64,000 nt of DNA from the NCBI GenBank assembly GCA_037481835.1, contig JBBFKW010000015.1, positions 32,001 to 96,000 on the forward strand, given 5' to 3'. The stretch is from Desulfosoma sp. Lineage in GTDB: Bacteria; Desulfobacterota; Syntrophobacteria; Syntrophobacterales; DSM-9756. The position numbers were made by a program, and so were the translations under genes. Positions 51,292 through 60,586 of the stretch are shown piece after piece (the first letter of the stretch is position 1; each line of letters begins with the position of its first letter). The notes below the pieces were generated by a model. The model searched no databases and had not been told where the DNA came from. It saw nothing but the letters and a program-made list of their open reading frames with translations.

Positions 51292-51337
51292 GCAAAGAAG
51301 GGCAAAAAATTGTAAAGAACCCGTAAGATTTCTTTAC
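51292..51337. promoter_or_regulatory. tandem CpxR-like boxes
   Basis: GCAAA-N5-GCAAA-N5-GTAAA-N6-GTAAG plus an inverted TTTAC, between the spy-like and cpxR-like genes. Confidence 0.65.
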
Positions 51338-51417
51338 AATTCTTGACGTGGGGCCGAGACCCCAATGGGGTATGCTGGTATCGCAAGAAAAACGGACAGC
51401 GACCGGAGGGGGCGACT

Positions 51418-52143
51418 ATGGAAAAGGCCATTCGAGTCCTGGTGATCGACGACGATTGGGAGCTGTGTGCCCTCCTGGAGGAATACCTCGAACCTTTCGG
51501 TTTTTCGGTGGTCAGCGTGCACGACGGGGAAAAGGGAGTTCGAGCCCTGGAAGAACGAACTTTCGATGTGGTGATTCTCGATGTCATGCTGCCGGGGCGG
51601 GACGGCTTGGATATCCTGAGGTCCCTTCGGGCTCGAAGTGACGTGCCGGTGCTCATGCTGACGGCGCGGGGCGAAGATGTGGACCGCATTGTGGGCCTTG
51701 AGCTGGGGGCGGACGACTATCTGCCCAAGCCGTTCAATCCCAGGGAGCTTCTGGCCCGGTTGCGGGCTTTGCTCCGGCGCAGCCACCGTGCATCCGCTGA
51801 GGAACCCTCGGGCCGCCTTGAAGATGCAGCGCCCCGCGCGGATCCCATCGCGATCGGCGATGTGTCCTTGTCCCCCGCAACGCGCACGGTCCTATGCCGG
51901 GGTGAGCTCGTGCCTTTGACCGCGGTGGAATTCAACCTGCTCGAAGCCCTCATGCGATCCGCCGGGCAGGTGATGTCCCGTGAGGACTTGAGCCTCAAAG
52001 TGCTGGGTCGAAAGCTCCATCCCTATGACAGGAGTCTGGACGTGCATGTGAGCAATCTCCGCAAAAAGCTGGGCGATTCTTCCGAAGGCGGCGAAAGGAT
52101 CAAGACGGTTCGGGGCGTAGGCTATCTCTATGTGGCCGTCTGA
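51418..52143 (+). CDS. cpxR: OmpR-family response regulator, CpxR-like
   Basis: LDVMLP, GLELGADDYLPKPFNPREL, DRSLDVHVSNLRKKL, TVRGVGY. Confidence 0.85.
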   Translation: MEKAIRVLVIDDDWELCALLEEYLEPFGFSVVSVHDGEKGVRALEERTFDVVILDVMLPGRDGLDILRSLRARSDVPVLMLTARGEDVDRIVGLELGADDYLPKPFNPRELLARLRALLRRSHRASAEEPSGRLEDAAPRADPIAIGDVSLSPATRTVLCRGELVPLTAVEFNLLEALMRSAGQVMSREDLSLKVLGRKLHPYDRSLDVHVSNLRKKLGDSSEGGERIKTVRGVGYLYVAV

Positions 52144-52218
52144 TCGGGTTCCTTTCTCATCGGCAGTATCCGGGGCAGGGACGGACAGAGCCCTGTCGCC
52201 GTCGTTTGGGGGCGAGGG

Positions 52219-53598
52219 ATGAGAGGCGTTTTCGGAAAGATCTTCTTGGCCTTCTGTGGGAGCATTTGCGCCGGAGCTTTTCTTTCCGCGCTGGTTCTCG
52301 GGTATTTGTTTCCGAGGAAAAACTGGCTGGAAGGCTGGTGGCAGGCGACCCGGCATACGGTGCGCCTTGTGGGCATCACGGGGTTGTCCATTTATGAGGA
52401 GCGCGGCCCCGATGCCTTGGCTCGGTTTGTTGAGCAATTGGAAAACGACCGCTCAGTCCGCTACTTTTTCTTGGACGGTTCGGGCCGGGAGCTTTTGGGC
52501 CGTCCCCTGCCGAAAGACCTGCCGTGGAATCCTCCCATGCCGGCGCTGCGTCGTCCGGATCACCGGCTGCAGATTCTTCCCTCACCCATGGAGGTCGTGG
52601 GGCTCACCGGCCCATCCGGCGCCCCTTATACTCTCCTTCGCCATCTTGTGGCCCCCATGCCGCCTCCGCCCCGCTCGCGGCTCGTCCCGCAAGCAGTGAC
52701 CCTCGGAGGCCTCCTGTGCGCGGCTTCCGTGCTCTGCTTTTTCCTCGCCCGAAATTTCGTCGCGCCTTTACGGGCCTTGCAACACAGCGCCCGCCTCTTG
52801 GCCGCGGGGGATTTCGGGGCCAGGGTGGGGAGCGAGGTGCGGAACCGAAAGGACGAATTCGGTGTCTTGGGCCGGGACTTCGATCACATGGCCGAGCGGC
52901 TCGGCCGGCTTGTGGAAGCGCAACGCCAGCTCCTGCGGGATGTCTCCCACGAACTGCGCTCTCCGCTCACACGCCTCGGCGTGGCTGTCGAACTCACGAG
53001 AAAGCAAGCCCCTCGGGAACTTTCCCCGTTTTTCGATCGCATTGAAAAGGAATCGGAAAGACTCAACACGCTCATTTCCCATGTGCTCACCTTGGCTCGA
53101 CTGGACCACGGGGGACCGGTCGTGCCTGAAGAGCGAGTGGCTTTTCATGGGCTTGTGGAAGAAGCGGCTCGGGACGCCGATTTCGAGGCCCACAGTAAAG
53201 GGGTCGCCGTGCACTGGTCGCTCGAACCGGCCGAGGTGATCGGTTCTGCTGATCTTCTTCGGAGTGCGGTGGAAAACGTCATTCGAAACGCGGTGAAGTA
53301 TTCCCCGGCGGGCGGTGTCGTCCGCGTATCCATGGAACGGCGCCCGTCCGAACAGGGGCAGCGCATCATCCTTCGCGTGGAAGACGAAGGGCCCGGTGTG
53401 CCTGAGAGTCATCTTCCCGAAATCTTTCGGCCGTTTTATCGGGTGGCGGAAGACCGTAACCGCACGACGGGGGGCTCGGGTTTGGGCCTGGCCATCGCTT
53501 TCAAAGCCGTGCAGCGGCACGGGGGCACGATGAGCGCGGCCAACCGGCCTGAAGGGGGGCTGTGTGTCACCCTGGAATTGCCGGCGGCCCCTTCGTGA
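52219..53598 (+). CDS. cpxA: sensor histidine kinase, CpxA-like
   Basis: Two TM segments, HAMP, DVSHELRSPL, ENVIRNA, DEGPG, GSGLGL. Confidence 0.85.
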   Translation: MRGVFGKIFLAFCGSICAGAFLSALVLGYLFPRKNWLEGWWQATRHTVRLVGITGLSIYEERGPDALARFVEQLENDRSVRYFFLDGSGRELLGRPLPKDLPWNPPMPALRRPDHRLQILPSPMEVVGLTGPSGAPYTLLRHLVAPMPPPPRSRLVPQAVTLGGLLCAASVLCFFLARNFVAPLRALQHSARLLAAGDFGARVGSEVRNRKDEFGVLGRDFDHMAERLGRLVEAQRQLLRDVSHELRSPLTRLGVAVELTRKQAPRELSPFFDRIEKESERLNTLISHVLTLARLDHGGPVVPEERVAFHGLVEEAARDADFEAHSKGVAVHWSLEPAEVIGSADLLRSAVENVIRNAVKYSPAGGVVRVSMERRPSEQGQRIILRVEDEGPGVPESHLPEIFRPFYRVAEDRNRTTGGSGLGLAIAFKAVQRHGGTMSAANRPEGGLCVTLELPAAPS

Positions 53599-53605
53599 CG
53601 CAGGG

Positions 53606-54199
53606 TCACTTCCTTCGGTACCAATACCATGCCGAGGGGTGGCCCTTTTCTTCCCCGATCACATAGCGTTCCCGCGTAAAGGCCGCGCTGAAAAGGGCTT
53701 CCACCTCTTCGGGGGAAATGCCCCACAGGCCGCCCCGCCATGGGCGGGGAAGCCAGGCATAAAGCATGTACCAGGCCTTGGAGACCGTGAGGCGTTCCAG
53801 TTCGCGGGCGTATCGGCGCCGTCCCTTGTCGTTCAAGGCAAAAAGGCAGCCGATGTCCAAGACGTAGTCATAGGGGCCATGGAGCATGGACAGGTTGGTC
53901 ACATCGGCGACGTAGAAAGTGATGGAAAGCCCCGAGGCGGCGGCTTTCTTTCGCGCTTTTTGGATGGCCTTGGGAGAAAAATCCACCCCGGTGACGTCCC
54001 ACCCGTGCCGCGCCAAGGTGATGGCGTTGGTTCCCGTGCCGCAGCCCAAGTCCAAGGCCTTTCCCGGAGGAGTCTGCGACAGGAATTCCATGACTTCGGG
54101 CGGCGTGATCCCCGTATCCCACGGCGTTTGTCCGCGAAGGTAGCGCCATTCAAATCCCCAGCGGCTCCTCATGAACCAGTCTCTCAGGCTCTGCCACAT
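53606..54199 (-). CDS. class I SAM-dependent methyltransferase (TPMT-like)
   Basis: TPWDTG, LDLGCGTG, GVDFS, LDIGC. Confidence 0.88.
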   Translation of the reverse strand: MWQSLRDWFMRSRWGFEWRYLRGQTPWDTGITPPEVMEFLSQTPPGKALDLGCGTGTNAITLARHGWDVTGVDFSPKAIQKARKKAAASGLSITFYVADVTNLSMLHGPYDYVLDIGCLFALNDKGRRRYARELERLTVSKAWYMLYAWLPRPWRGGLWGISPEEVEALFSAAFTRERYVIGEEKGHPSAWYWYRRK

Positions 54200-54535
54200 G
54201 CCGGATGTCCTTCCCTATCGTGTCCTTAGAAAACCTCGAGGCGGGACCGGCCAAGCCGACGATTCCAATCGCTCGTGGATCGCCGCCGCGCTTCTGTCAT
54301 TTCTCATGAAAAGCCTTGGCGCACAAGGCCGTCTTAGCGGCCCGGCTCGGAGAATGATCCTTTTCGAGGCGCGGCCGTGTCCGGCAAGGGGCGAGAAAGC
54401 CTCCCCATGCCGGGGCTGACAAGCGCTCAAAGGGCGAATGGTTCCGCCGTTCTTCACATCCAAGCGGGGGTGTGCCATAGTAGCGGACACGGTCGAGGGC
54501 TTAAGGAGGCAACCCGGGGGAGGAGGACCTGGATC

Positions 54536-55972
54536 GTGTCGGTCCGAAAGTGGGGTTTTGTCATCGCCGCGCCGCACAGCGGTTCGGGAAAAACCACGGT
54601 GACGTTGGCGATCCTGGCGGCGCTTCGGAAGCGGGGCGTCGCGGTGCAGCCTTTCAAAGTCGGCCCCGATTTCATCGACCCCGGTCTTCACACGCGGGTC
54701 ACGGGCAGAGCCTCCCGAAACCTCGACGGCTGGATGCTTTCCCGCGAAACGAACCGGGCCCTCTTTTCTCGGGCCTTGGCTGAAGCCGACGCTGCCGTTG
54801 TGGAAGGTGTCATGGGCCTCTTTGACGGCTACGACGGCATTTCGGAAGCGGGCAGCACGGCGGAAATGGCCAAGTGGCTGGGCCTGCCGGTCGTCCTTGT
54901 CGTGGACGCCCGAAGCATGGCTCGAAGCGTCGCCGCCTTGGTCCACGGCTTCTGTTACTTCGATCCCGAACTCCGTTGTGCCGGCGTCATCTTTAACCGG
55001 GTGGGCAGCGACGCCCACCTGGACTTCCTCAAGGAAGCCATGACGGCGAGCCATCCCAATCTTCCCGTCCTGGGCGGTTTTCCCCGTGACGATGGGGTAA
55101 GACTTCCGGAACGTCACCTGGGCCTGGTGACAGCCGAAGAAAGCCCCTTGGATGAGGCCTTCGTGGAATCCCTGGCCCGTGCCGCCGAAACCCATCTGGA
55201 TCTGGACGCTTTGCCGGCCGCAACGGCTCTGGTCTTGCCAATGGACGAGGCGGCCTCGGTCCAATGCACGGGAGCGCCCGGGGGAACTCCTCGAGATTCA
55301 TCCACGGTTCAGGAAGGCGGGTCGGGGCCCGTCATCGCGGTCGCCCGGGATGCCGCCTTTTGCTTTTATTACGAAGATAACCTGGATCTTTTGAAAACTT
55401 ACGGCGCTCGGCTGATCTTTTTCTCGCCCCTTGCGGGGGAAACCCTTCCGAAGGACGCCGGGGCGTTGTATCTCGGCGGAGGCTACCCCGAAGTGCACGC
55501 GCAAGCCCTGCGACGAAACGAGCGTTTCTTCAGCGACCTGAGAGCCTTCGCCGCCGCCGGACGGCCCGTTTACGCCGAATGCGGGGGGCTCATGGTGCTC
55601 AGCCGAGCCATCCAACTCCTTTCCGGGGACATCGTTCCCATGGCCGGGATTCTTCCCTTTGCCACGCGCATGCTGCCCAAACGCAAGGCCCTCGGCTACG
55701 TGGAGGTGCTCCTCAGCAGGCCGTGCCTTCTGGGCGATGCGGGAACCCGACTGCGGGGCCATGAATTTCATTATTCGGAAATCGTCGGCGATCCGGCCCC
55801 GGATTCCCTGTCCCTGTGCTATCGACTCACGGCGCGAAAATACCGCCCGGAACAGGACGAGGGATATCAGGTAGGCTCGGTCCTCGCCAGCTACGTGCAT
55901 CTCCACTGGGGCAGCGCCCCTCACGCCGCGGCCCGCTTTGTGGACGCCGCTCGAAAAGCCCGTGGAAAATGA
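54536..55972 (+). CDS. cbiA: cobyrinate a,c-diamide synthase
   Basis: SGSGKTT, FKVGPDFIDP, EGVMGLFDG, ERHLGL, GGGYPE, AECGG, GHEFH. Confidence 0.95.
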   Translation: MSVRKWGFVIAAPHSGSGKTTVTLAILAALRKRGVAVQPFKVGPDFIDPGLHTRVTGRASRNLDGWMLSRETNRALFSRALAEADAAVVEGVMGLFDGYDGISEAGSTAEMAKWLGLPVVLVVDARSMARSVAALVHGFCYFDPELRCAGVIFNRVGSDAHLDFLKEAMTASHPNLPVLGGFPRDDGVRLPERHLGLVTAEESPLDEAFVESLARAAETHLDLDALPAATALVLPMDEAASVQCTGAPGGTPRDSSTVQEGGSGPVIAVARDAAFCFYYEDNLDLLKTYGARLIFFSPLAGETLPKDAGALYLGGGYPEVHAQALRRNERFFSDLRAFAAAGRPVYAECGGLMVLSRAIQLLSGDIVPMAGILPFATRMLPKRKALGYVEVLLSRPCLLGDAGTRLRGHEFHYSEIVGDPAPDSLSLCYRLTARKYRPEQDEGYQVGSVLASYVHLHWGSAPHAAARFVDAARKARGK

Positions 55973-57534
55973 AGCATCGACGTGCCAAGACCCTCATGTT
56001 TCTCGGGACGGGATCGGATGTGGGAAAAAGCATCCTGGCGGCCGCCTTCTGCCGGATCCTGAAACAAGAAGGCTATCACGTGGCGCCTTTCAAGGCCCAA
56101 AACATGGCGCTCAACTCCTTCATCACGCCGGAAGGCGGCGAAATGGGCCGAGCCCAGGTGGTCCAAGCGGAAGCGGCCGGAATCCCGCCCCATGTGGACA
56201 TGAACCCCATTCTCCTCAAACCCACCTCGTCCATGGGCTCCCAGGTCATCGTTTTGGGCAAGGCCGTGGGCACCTTTTCCGCCAAAGAATACTACGCCTA
56301 TAAGAAAAAGCTGGTGCCGGTGGTTCGTGAGGCCTTCCGACGCCTTGCCGCCCGATACGACGTGGTGGTCCTCGAAGGGGCGGGAAGCGCCGTGGAACTG
56401 AACCTCAAGGAGCACGATCTTGTCAATTTGGCCATGGCCCGCATGGCCCAGGCCCCGTGCCTTCTCGTCGGGGATATCGACCGCGGCGGCATTTTCGCCT
56501 CCCTTTTGGGATCGTTGATGCTCATGGACCGCGAAGAACGGGAGCGGATCGCCGGATTCATCGTGAACAAGTTTCGGGGCGATCCGGACCTGTTTCAGCC
56601 CGGAGTCCGCATTCTCGAAGAGCGTTCAGGACGTCCGGTGCTCGGTGTCGTGCCCTATTTCCAGCACATTTCCATCGCCGAGGAAGACAGTGTGGCTTTG
56701 GCGAAACGCGTTTCCAAGGGAGCGGAAGAAGGCGCCTCCCATGATCTTTTGGACATCGGCGTGGTGCGGCTTCCGTTCGTTTCCAACTACACGGATTTCC
56801 AATGCTTGGAACAGGATCCCCGGGTCCGTCTCGTCTATTTCGAAAAACCTGCCGCCGTCTTCCGCTGCGATGCGGTCATTGTGCCGGGCAGCAAGAACAC
56901 CATCGAAGACATGCTGGCCTTGGAGCGCTCGGGAATGGCCGACGCCCTTCGCGCCTACCACAAAGCCGACGGAGTCTTGGTGGGCATTTGCGGCGGCTAT
57001 CAAATGCTCGGCCGGCGCATCCTCGACCCTCACGGCGTGGAAAGCGGTGTTCGCGAAACGAAGGGATTGGGCCTTTTGGACATGACCACCGAGATGGCTT
57101 CGGAGAAGATCACCACGCAAGTGACGGCCCGACTTCGGGATCCGAATCCTCTGGGATCCGAAGACCTTTACCCCCTTTACGGATACGAAATCCACATGGG
57201 GCGGAGCCGCTTCGAGAGCGCTTCCGATGTTTTTCCTCTTTTTTGCATTGTGCAGCGAAACGGGCGGGACGTCCCGAAGGACGAAGCCCAGGACGGCGCC
57301 TGGGCTTACGGGGGGCGGGTCTGGGGGACTTACATCCACGGTATTTTCGACAACGACGCCTTCCGGACGCGATTCCTCGCCTTTCTTGCGGCGCGCAAAG
57401 GCAAGGCTCTGGCGGTCCACGACGGATCCTTCGGGTTTTCCCGCTGGAAAGAGCAGCAATACGACCTCTTGGCCGACCATGTGCGCCGCCATTGCGACGT
57501 GGAGCGCATCATGAGCCTCATGGGCTTGAGGTAG
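55969..57534 (+). CDS. cobQ: cobyric acid synthase
   Basis: GTGSDVGKS, PFKAQNMALNS, MNPILLKP, EGAGS, DIDRGG, SNYTDF, ICGGYQ, GYEIH. Confidence 0.96.
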   Translation: MKHRRAKTLMFLGTGSDVGKSILAAAFCRILKQEGYHVAPFKAQNMALNSFITPEGGEMGRAQVVQAEAAGIPPHVDMNPILLKPTSSMGSQVIVLGKAVGTFSAKEYYAYKKKLVPVVREAFRRLAARYDVVVLEGAGSAVELNLKEHDLVNLAMARMAQAPCLLVGDIDRGGIFASLLGSLMLMDREERERIAGFIVNKFRGDPDLFQPGVRILEERSGRPVLGVVPYFQHISIAEEDSVALAKRVSKGAEEGASHDLLDIGVVRLPFVSNYTDFQCLEQDPRVRLVYFEKPAAVFRCDAVIVPGSKNTIEDMLALERSGMADALRAYHKADGVLVGICGGYQMLGRRILDPHGVESGVRETKGLGLLDMTTEMASEKITTQVTARLRDPNPLGSEDLYPLYGYEIHMGRSRFESASDVFPLFCIVQRNGRDVPKDEAQDGAWAYGGRVWGTYIHGIFDNDAFRTRFLAFLAARKGKALAVHDGSFGFSRWKEQQYDLLADHVRRHCDVERIMSLMGLR

Positions 57535-57541
57535 AAACGGC

Positions 57542-58513
57542 GTGGCGGGGATTTTCTCTTTTTCCGCACCCTTTGTGCTCGCAGCCTTCGCCCTGGACCT
57601 GGTCCTGGGGGACCCGCCCCATTGGCCCCATCCCGTGCGATGGATCGGGCGGCTCATCCAAACCACGGAAGGCGTGTTCTACAAGGGCGGCGACACGCCG
57701 ACGGGGCAGCGCCTTCGGGGTGTGCTTTTTTGGATCGTCAACGTCTGCGCCGTGTCAGGCTGTGTTGCGGTACTCCTTGCGGCGGCCAACTGGATCCATG
57801 GCGGTTTCGCCGCGTTGTGTTCCCTCTGGATCGCCTATACGGCCCTGGCAACCCGAAGCCTCTACGACGAATCCAAGGCGGTGGCGACGGCCTTGGAATC
57901 CGGCCGCATCGACGAAGCGCGCCGGCTTCTTTCGCGGATCGTCAGTCGCCAAACGGAACACCTGGATGCCGAAGGCATCTGGAAAGCCCTCCTTGAAACG
58001 GTTTCCGAAAACCTTTCCGACGGGGTTATGGCCCCTCTTTTCTATTTGGCCCTGGGCGGCCCCCTGGGGGTCATGGTTTACAAAGCCGTCAACACCATGG
58101 ACTCCATGGTGGGCTATAAAAACGACCGCTACATCCATTTCGGCTGGTGGGCGGCTCGCATGGATGATCTCGTCAACTGGATTCCCGCGCGGCTCACGGC
58201 CCTCGCGCTCGTGGCGGCCGGTGCCGCCTGGGGCCTCAACTGGCGCCGCGGCTGGGCCGTTATGAGACGGGACGCCCGGAAGCACAAGAGCCCCAACGCA
58301 GGATTTCCGGAAGCGGCCGCCGCCGGCCTTCTGGGCGTGCAGTTGGGTGGGCCCGGGGTCTATTTCGGGCGCGTGGTGGTAAAGCCCGCCTTGGGAGATC
58401 CCCTAAGGCCGGTGGACGGGGAGTCCTTCCGGATCATGGTGCGCCTTCTTTTTACGACCTCGGCCCTGGGGGCGCTCTCGGCCGCCCTGGTGCGCGCCCT
58501 GTGGGGGGGATGA
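57542..58513 (+). CDS. cbiB: adenosylcobinamide-phosphate synthase
   Basis: GDPPHWPHPV, ETVSENLSDG, YKAVNTMDSMVGY, SPNAGFPEAA. Confidence 0.95.
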   Translation: MAGIFSFSAPFVLAAFALDLVLGDPPHWPHPVRWIGRLIQTTEGVFYKGGDTPTGQRLRGVLFWIVNVCAVSGCVAVLLAAANWIHGGFAALCSLWIAYTALATRSLYDESKAVATALESGRIDEARRLLSRIVSRQTEHLDAEGIWKALLETVSENLSDGVMAPLFYLALGGPLGVMVYKAVNTMDSMVGYKNDRYIHFGWWAARMDDLVNWIPARLTALALVAAGAAWGLNWRRGWAVMRRDARKHKSPNAGFPEAAAAGLLGVQLGGPGVYFGRVVVKPALGDPLRPVDGESFRIMVRLLFTTSALGALSAALVRALWGG

Positions 58514-58593
58514 GTGACGGGGGCCCGGTGTGGAGGACGGAAAGCCGAACCCGGGCGGCATCTTGTGTGCCCATGCGGAAGAGAAGGGAGGAG

Positions 58594-59721
58594 ATGGCGA
58601 GTAACGGCAGCATGGAAAGAATTCATGGCGGAAACGTCTACGAGACGGCCCGGCGCCTGGGATGCGCCCCTGAGGACATCCTGGATTTCAGCGCCAGCAT
58701 CAACCCCCTGGGGCCTCCGCCGGGGCTTTTGGATGTCCTGGTGGCCGCCTACGGCCGGGTGCAGCACTACCCGGACATCCACAACAGCGCCTTGCTGGAA
58801 GGGCTGTCCCGGCGCCACGGTGTGGCCACGAATGAGGTCGTAGTGGGAAACGGCTCAACGGAACTCATCTACGCCCTCCCCAGGATTTTGCGGGCTGGCC
58901 GGGTGCTCACGGCCCTTCCGACCTTTACCGAATACATGCGGGCTTTTGCCATAGCCGGGGCGGTGCTGGACCGGTGTTACGGGACCTGGGAAAACGGGCT
59001 GCAGCCCACCGCCAAAGAGATCTCGGAACGCCTTGACCAGAAACAGCCCGATGCGGTGCTGGTGACCCATCCGGGAAGCCCTTCGGGAACGCTCCTTTCC
59101 GAGTCCATGCGGGCGTGGCTCGTGGAGGAAACCCGGCGGCGGGGCATCACTCTGGTGGTGGACGAGGTTTTCATCGATTTTTGTGAAGAGGCGTCCTTCT
59201 TGCCCTACCTTGCCGAACATCCCCGCCTGGTGCTCATCCGGTCCATGACCAAGTTCTACGGCATCCCCGGGCTTCGACTGGGGTATCTACTGGCCTCCCG
59301 GGACATCGCCGCTGCCGCCGCCAGGCATCTCCCCCCCTGGTCCGTGAACACCCTGGCCCAGGAAGCCGGGCTCCACTGCCTGGATCAGGAAGAGTACCGT
59401 CTGGAGACGCTCCGGCTGGTAAGCGAGGAAAGATCGATGCTGAAGCGGGCGTTGGAGGGGATGGGAGGGTTTTCGGTGCTGCCCGGCCGGGCGAACTACC
59501 TGCTGGTGCGGATGGCGGAAGACCATCCGGACGCCCTGGCACTGAAAGAGGCCCTGCTTTTCCGGGATCGGCTGCTCATTCGCGAATGCGCCTCCTTCGA
59601 CGGGTTGACTCGCCGGGATTTTCGCATCGCCGTGCGTCTTCCCGCCCAAAACGACCGGCTCCTCACCGCCCTCCGCCGCTGGCTCCGCGATGCAGGCCGA
59701 AAGAGCGCCCCGCCCGCCTGA
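58594..59721 (+). CDS. cobD: L-threonine-O-3-phosphate decarboxylase
   Basis: HGGN, LDFSASINPLG, GNGSTE, DEVFIDF, RSMTKFYGIPGLRLGY. Confidence 0.9.
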   Translation: MASNGSMERIHGGNVYETARRLGCAPEDILDFSASINPLGPPPGLLDVLVAAYGRVQHYPDIHNSALLEGLSRRHGVATNEVVVGNGSTELIYALPRILRAGRVLTALPTFTEYMRAFAIAGAVLDRCYGTWENGLQPTAKEISERLDQKQPDAVLVTHPGSPSGTLLSESMRAWLVEETRRRGITLVVDEVFIDFCEEASFLPYLAEHPRLVLIRSMTKFYGIPGLRLGYLLASRDIAAAAARHLPPWSVNTLAQEAGLHCLDQEEYRLETLRLVSEERSMLKRALEGMGGFSVLPGRANYLLVRMAEDHPDALALKEALLFRDRLLIRECASFDGLTRRDFRIAVRLPAQNDRLLTALRRWLRDAGRKSAPPA

Positions 59722-59726
59722 GCGCT

Positions 59727-59864
59727 TCACCAAGACTGGCGTATGATGGAATGAAGTGTGCCGATTCTCATTTCCTCACGGTCAGGAACGGGAACCGTTA
59801 TGGTAGCCTGAGGAAGTTTCTTCTGCATCACGACATGACTGCCCCGCCGACGCACTTCAATAAA
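59727..59864 (-). pseudogene. HicA toxin fragment
   Basis: FIEVRRRGSHVVMQKK...TITVPVP...IGTLHSIIRQS; no HicA N-terminus in frame and no hicB. Confidence 0.75.
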
Positions 59865-60164
59865 GCAAGGAGTTCGGGCTTCTCGTCGGTCGGACGCTGG
59901 ACATGGCGACGGCGGTCCTTGGGGGTTCCATGCTCCTCGGCACAGGGGGGGAGCCCAGCGGAGAAAAGGTTCGGGGGAGCGTGTCCATCCGTGTGAGCCG
60001 ATGGATCAAGGCGCTCATTTGGACTTTTACCATGGGCTCTTCGCTGCTCCTAAGCAAGCACGAGCCAACGCTGATAGAGTCGCTCCGTAATCGGCTGACG
60101 GCCGGTCCGTTTGAGAAGAATGCCAGGTGTTTCCGCGGCTCGGTATGCGCTGTGGGTGCAGCCG

Positions 60165-60434
60165 TCAGTGGGAATGACCCTCTTCTTTGAGGAAGTGGGC
60201 GTGGTATTCGTTGTCCGAGAGGTGCTTTCGCATAAGGTCCGAGAGAAGTTCGAAGAGGGTTTCCATTTCCGAGTTGGAAAGCCGGGGGATGAGCACCTTC
60301 AGAAGGGCGTCGTCGGAAAATTTTTGCAGGTAGACCATGAGGGTCTTTTCGTCGAGCTCACGCGAGAAGCCGAAGGCCACCATGCCGTCGTAATCTTCCA
60401 CGAAGCGGTGCGAATGCTTGGATCCCATCCCCAT
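60165..60434 (-). CDS. small hypothetical cytoplasmic protein
   Basis: Compact ORF with GAGGAAGG RBS; YLQKFSDD, EYHAHFLK. Confidence 0.75.
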   Translation of the reverse strand: MGMGSKHSHRFVEDYDGMVAFGFSRELDEKTLMVYLQKFSDDALLKVLIPRLSNSEMETLFELLSDLMRKHLSDNEYHAHFLKEEGHSH

Positions 60435-60586
60435 CCTTCCTCATCGTGCAGGGCCGCCGAACCGACGAGCCCGAAAAAGGGGCGAAAGACGTCGGCGGGC
60501 GCCGGAGTAAGCCCCCGCCGTGCATCACCCATCCTTCGCCATCTCCTTTTCTTCACCCATCACTCAAGACTCAAAAACCTTATGTT

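Noticed and set aside
54200..54535. Cobalamin riboswitch upstream of cbiA
   Set aside because: I could not find B12-box core motifs by eye; an Rfam scan would settle it
59865..60164. hicB or another small gene beside the HicA relic
   Set aside because: Translations examined show no recognisable motif or good RBS
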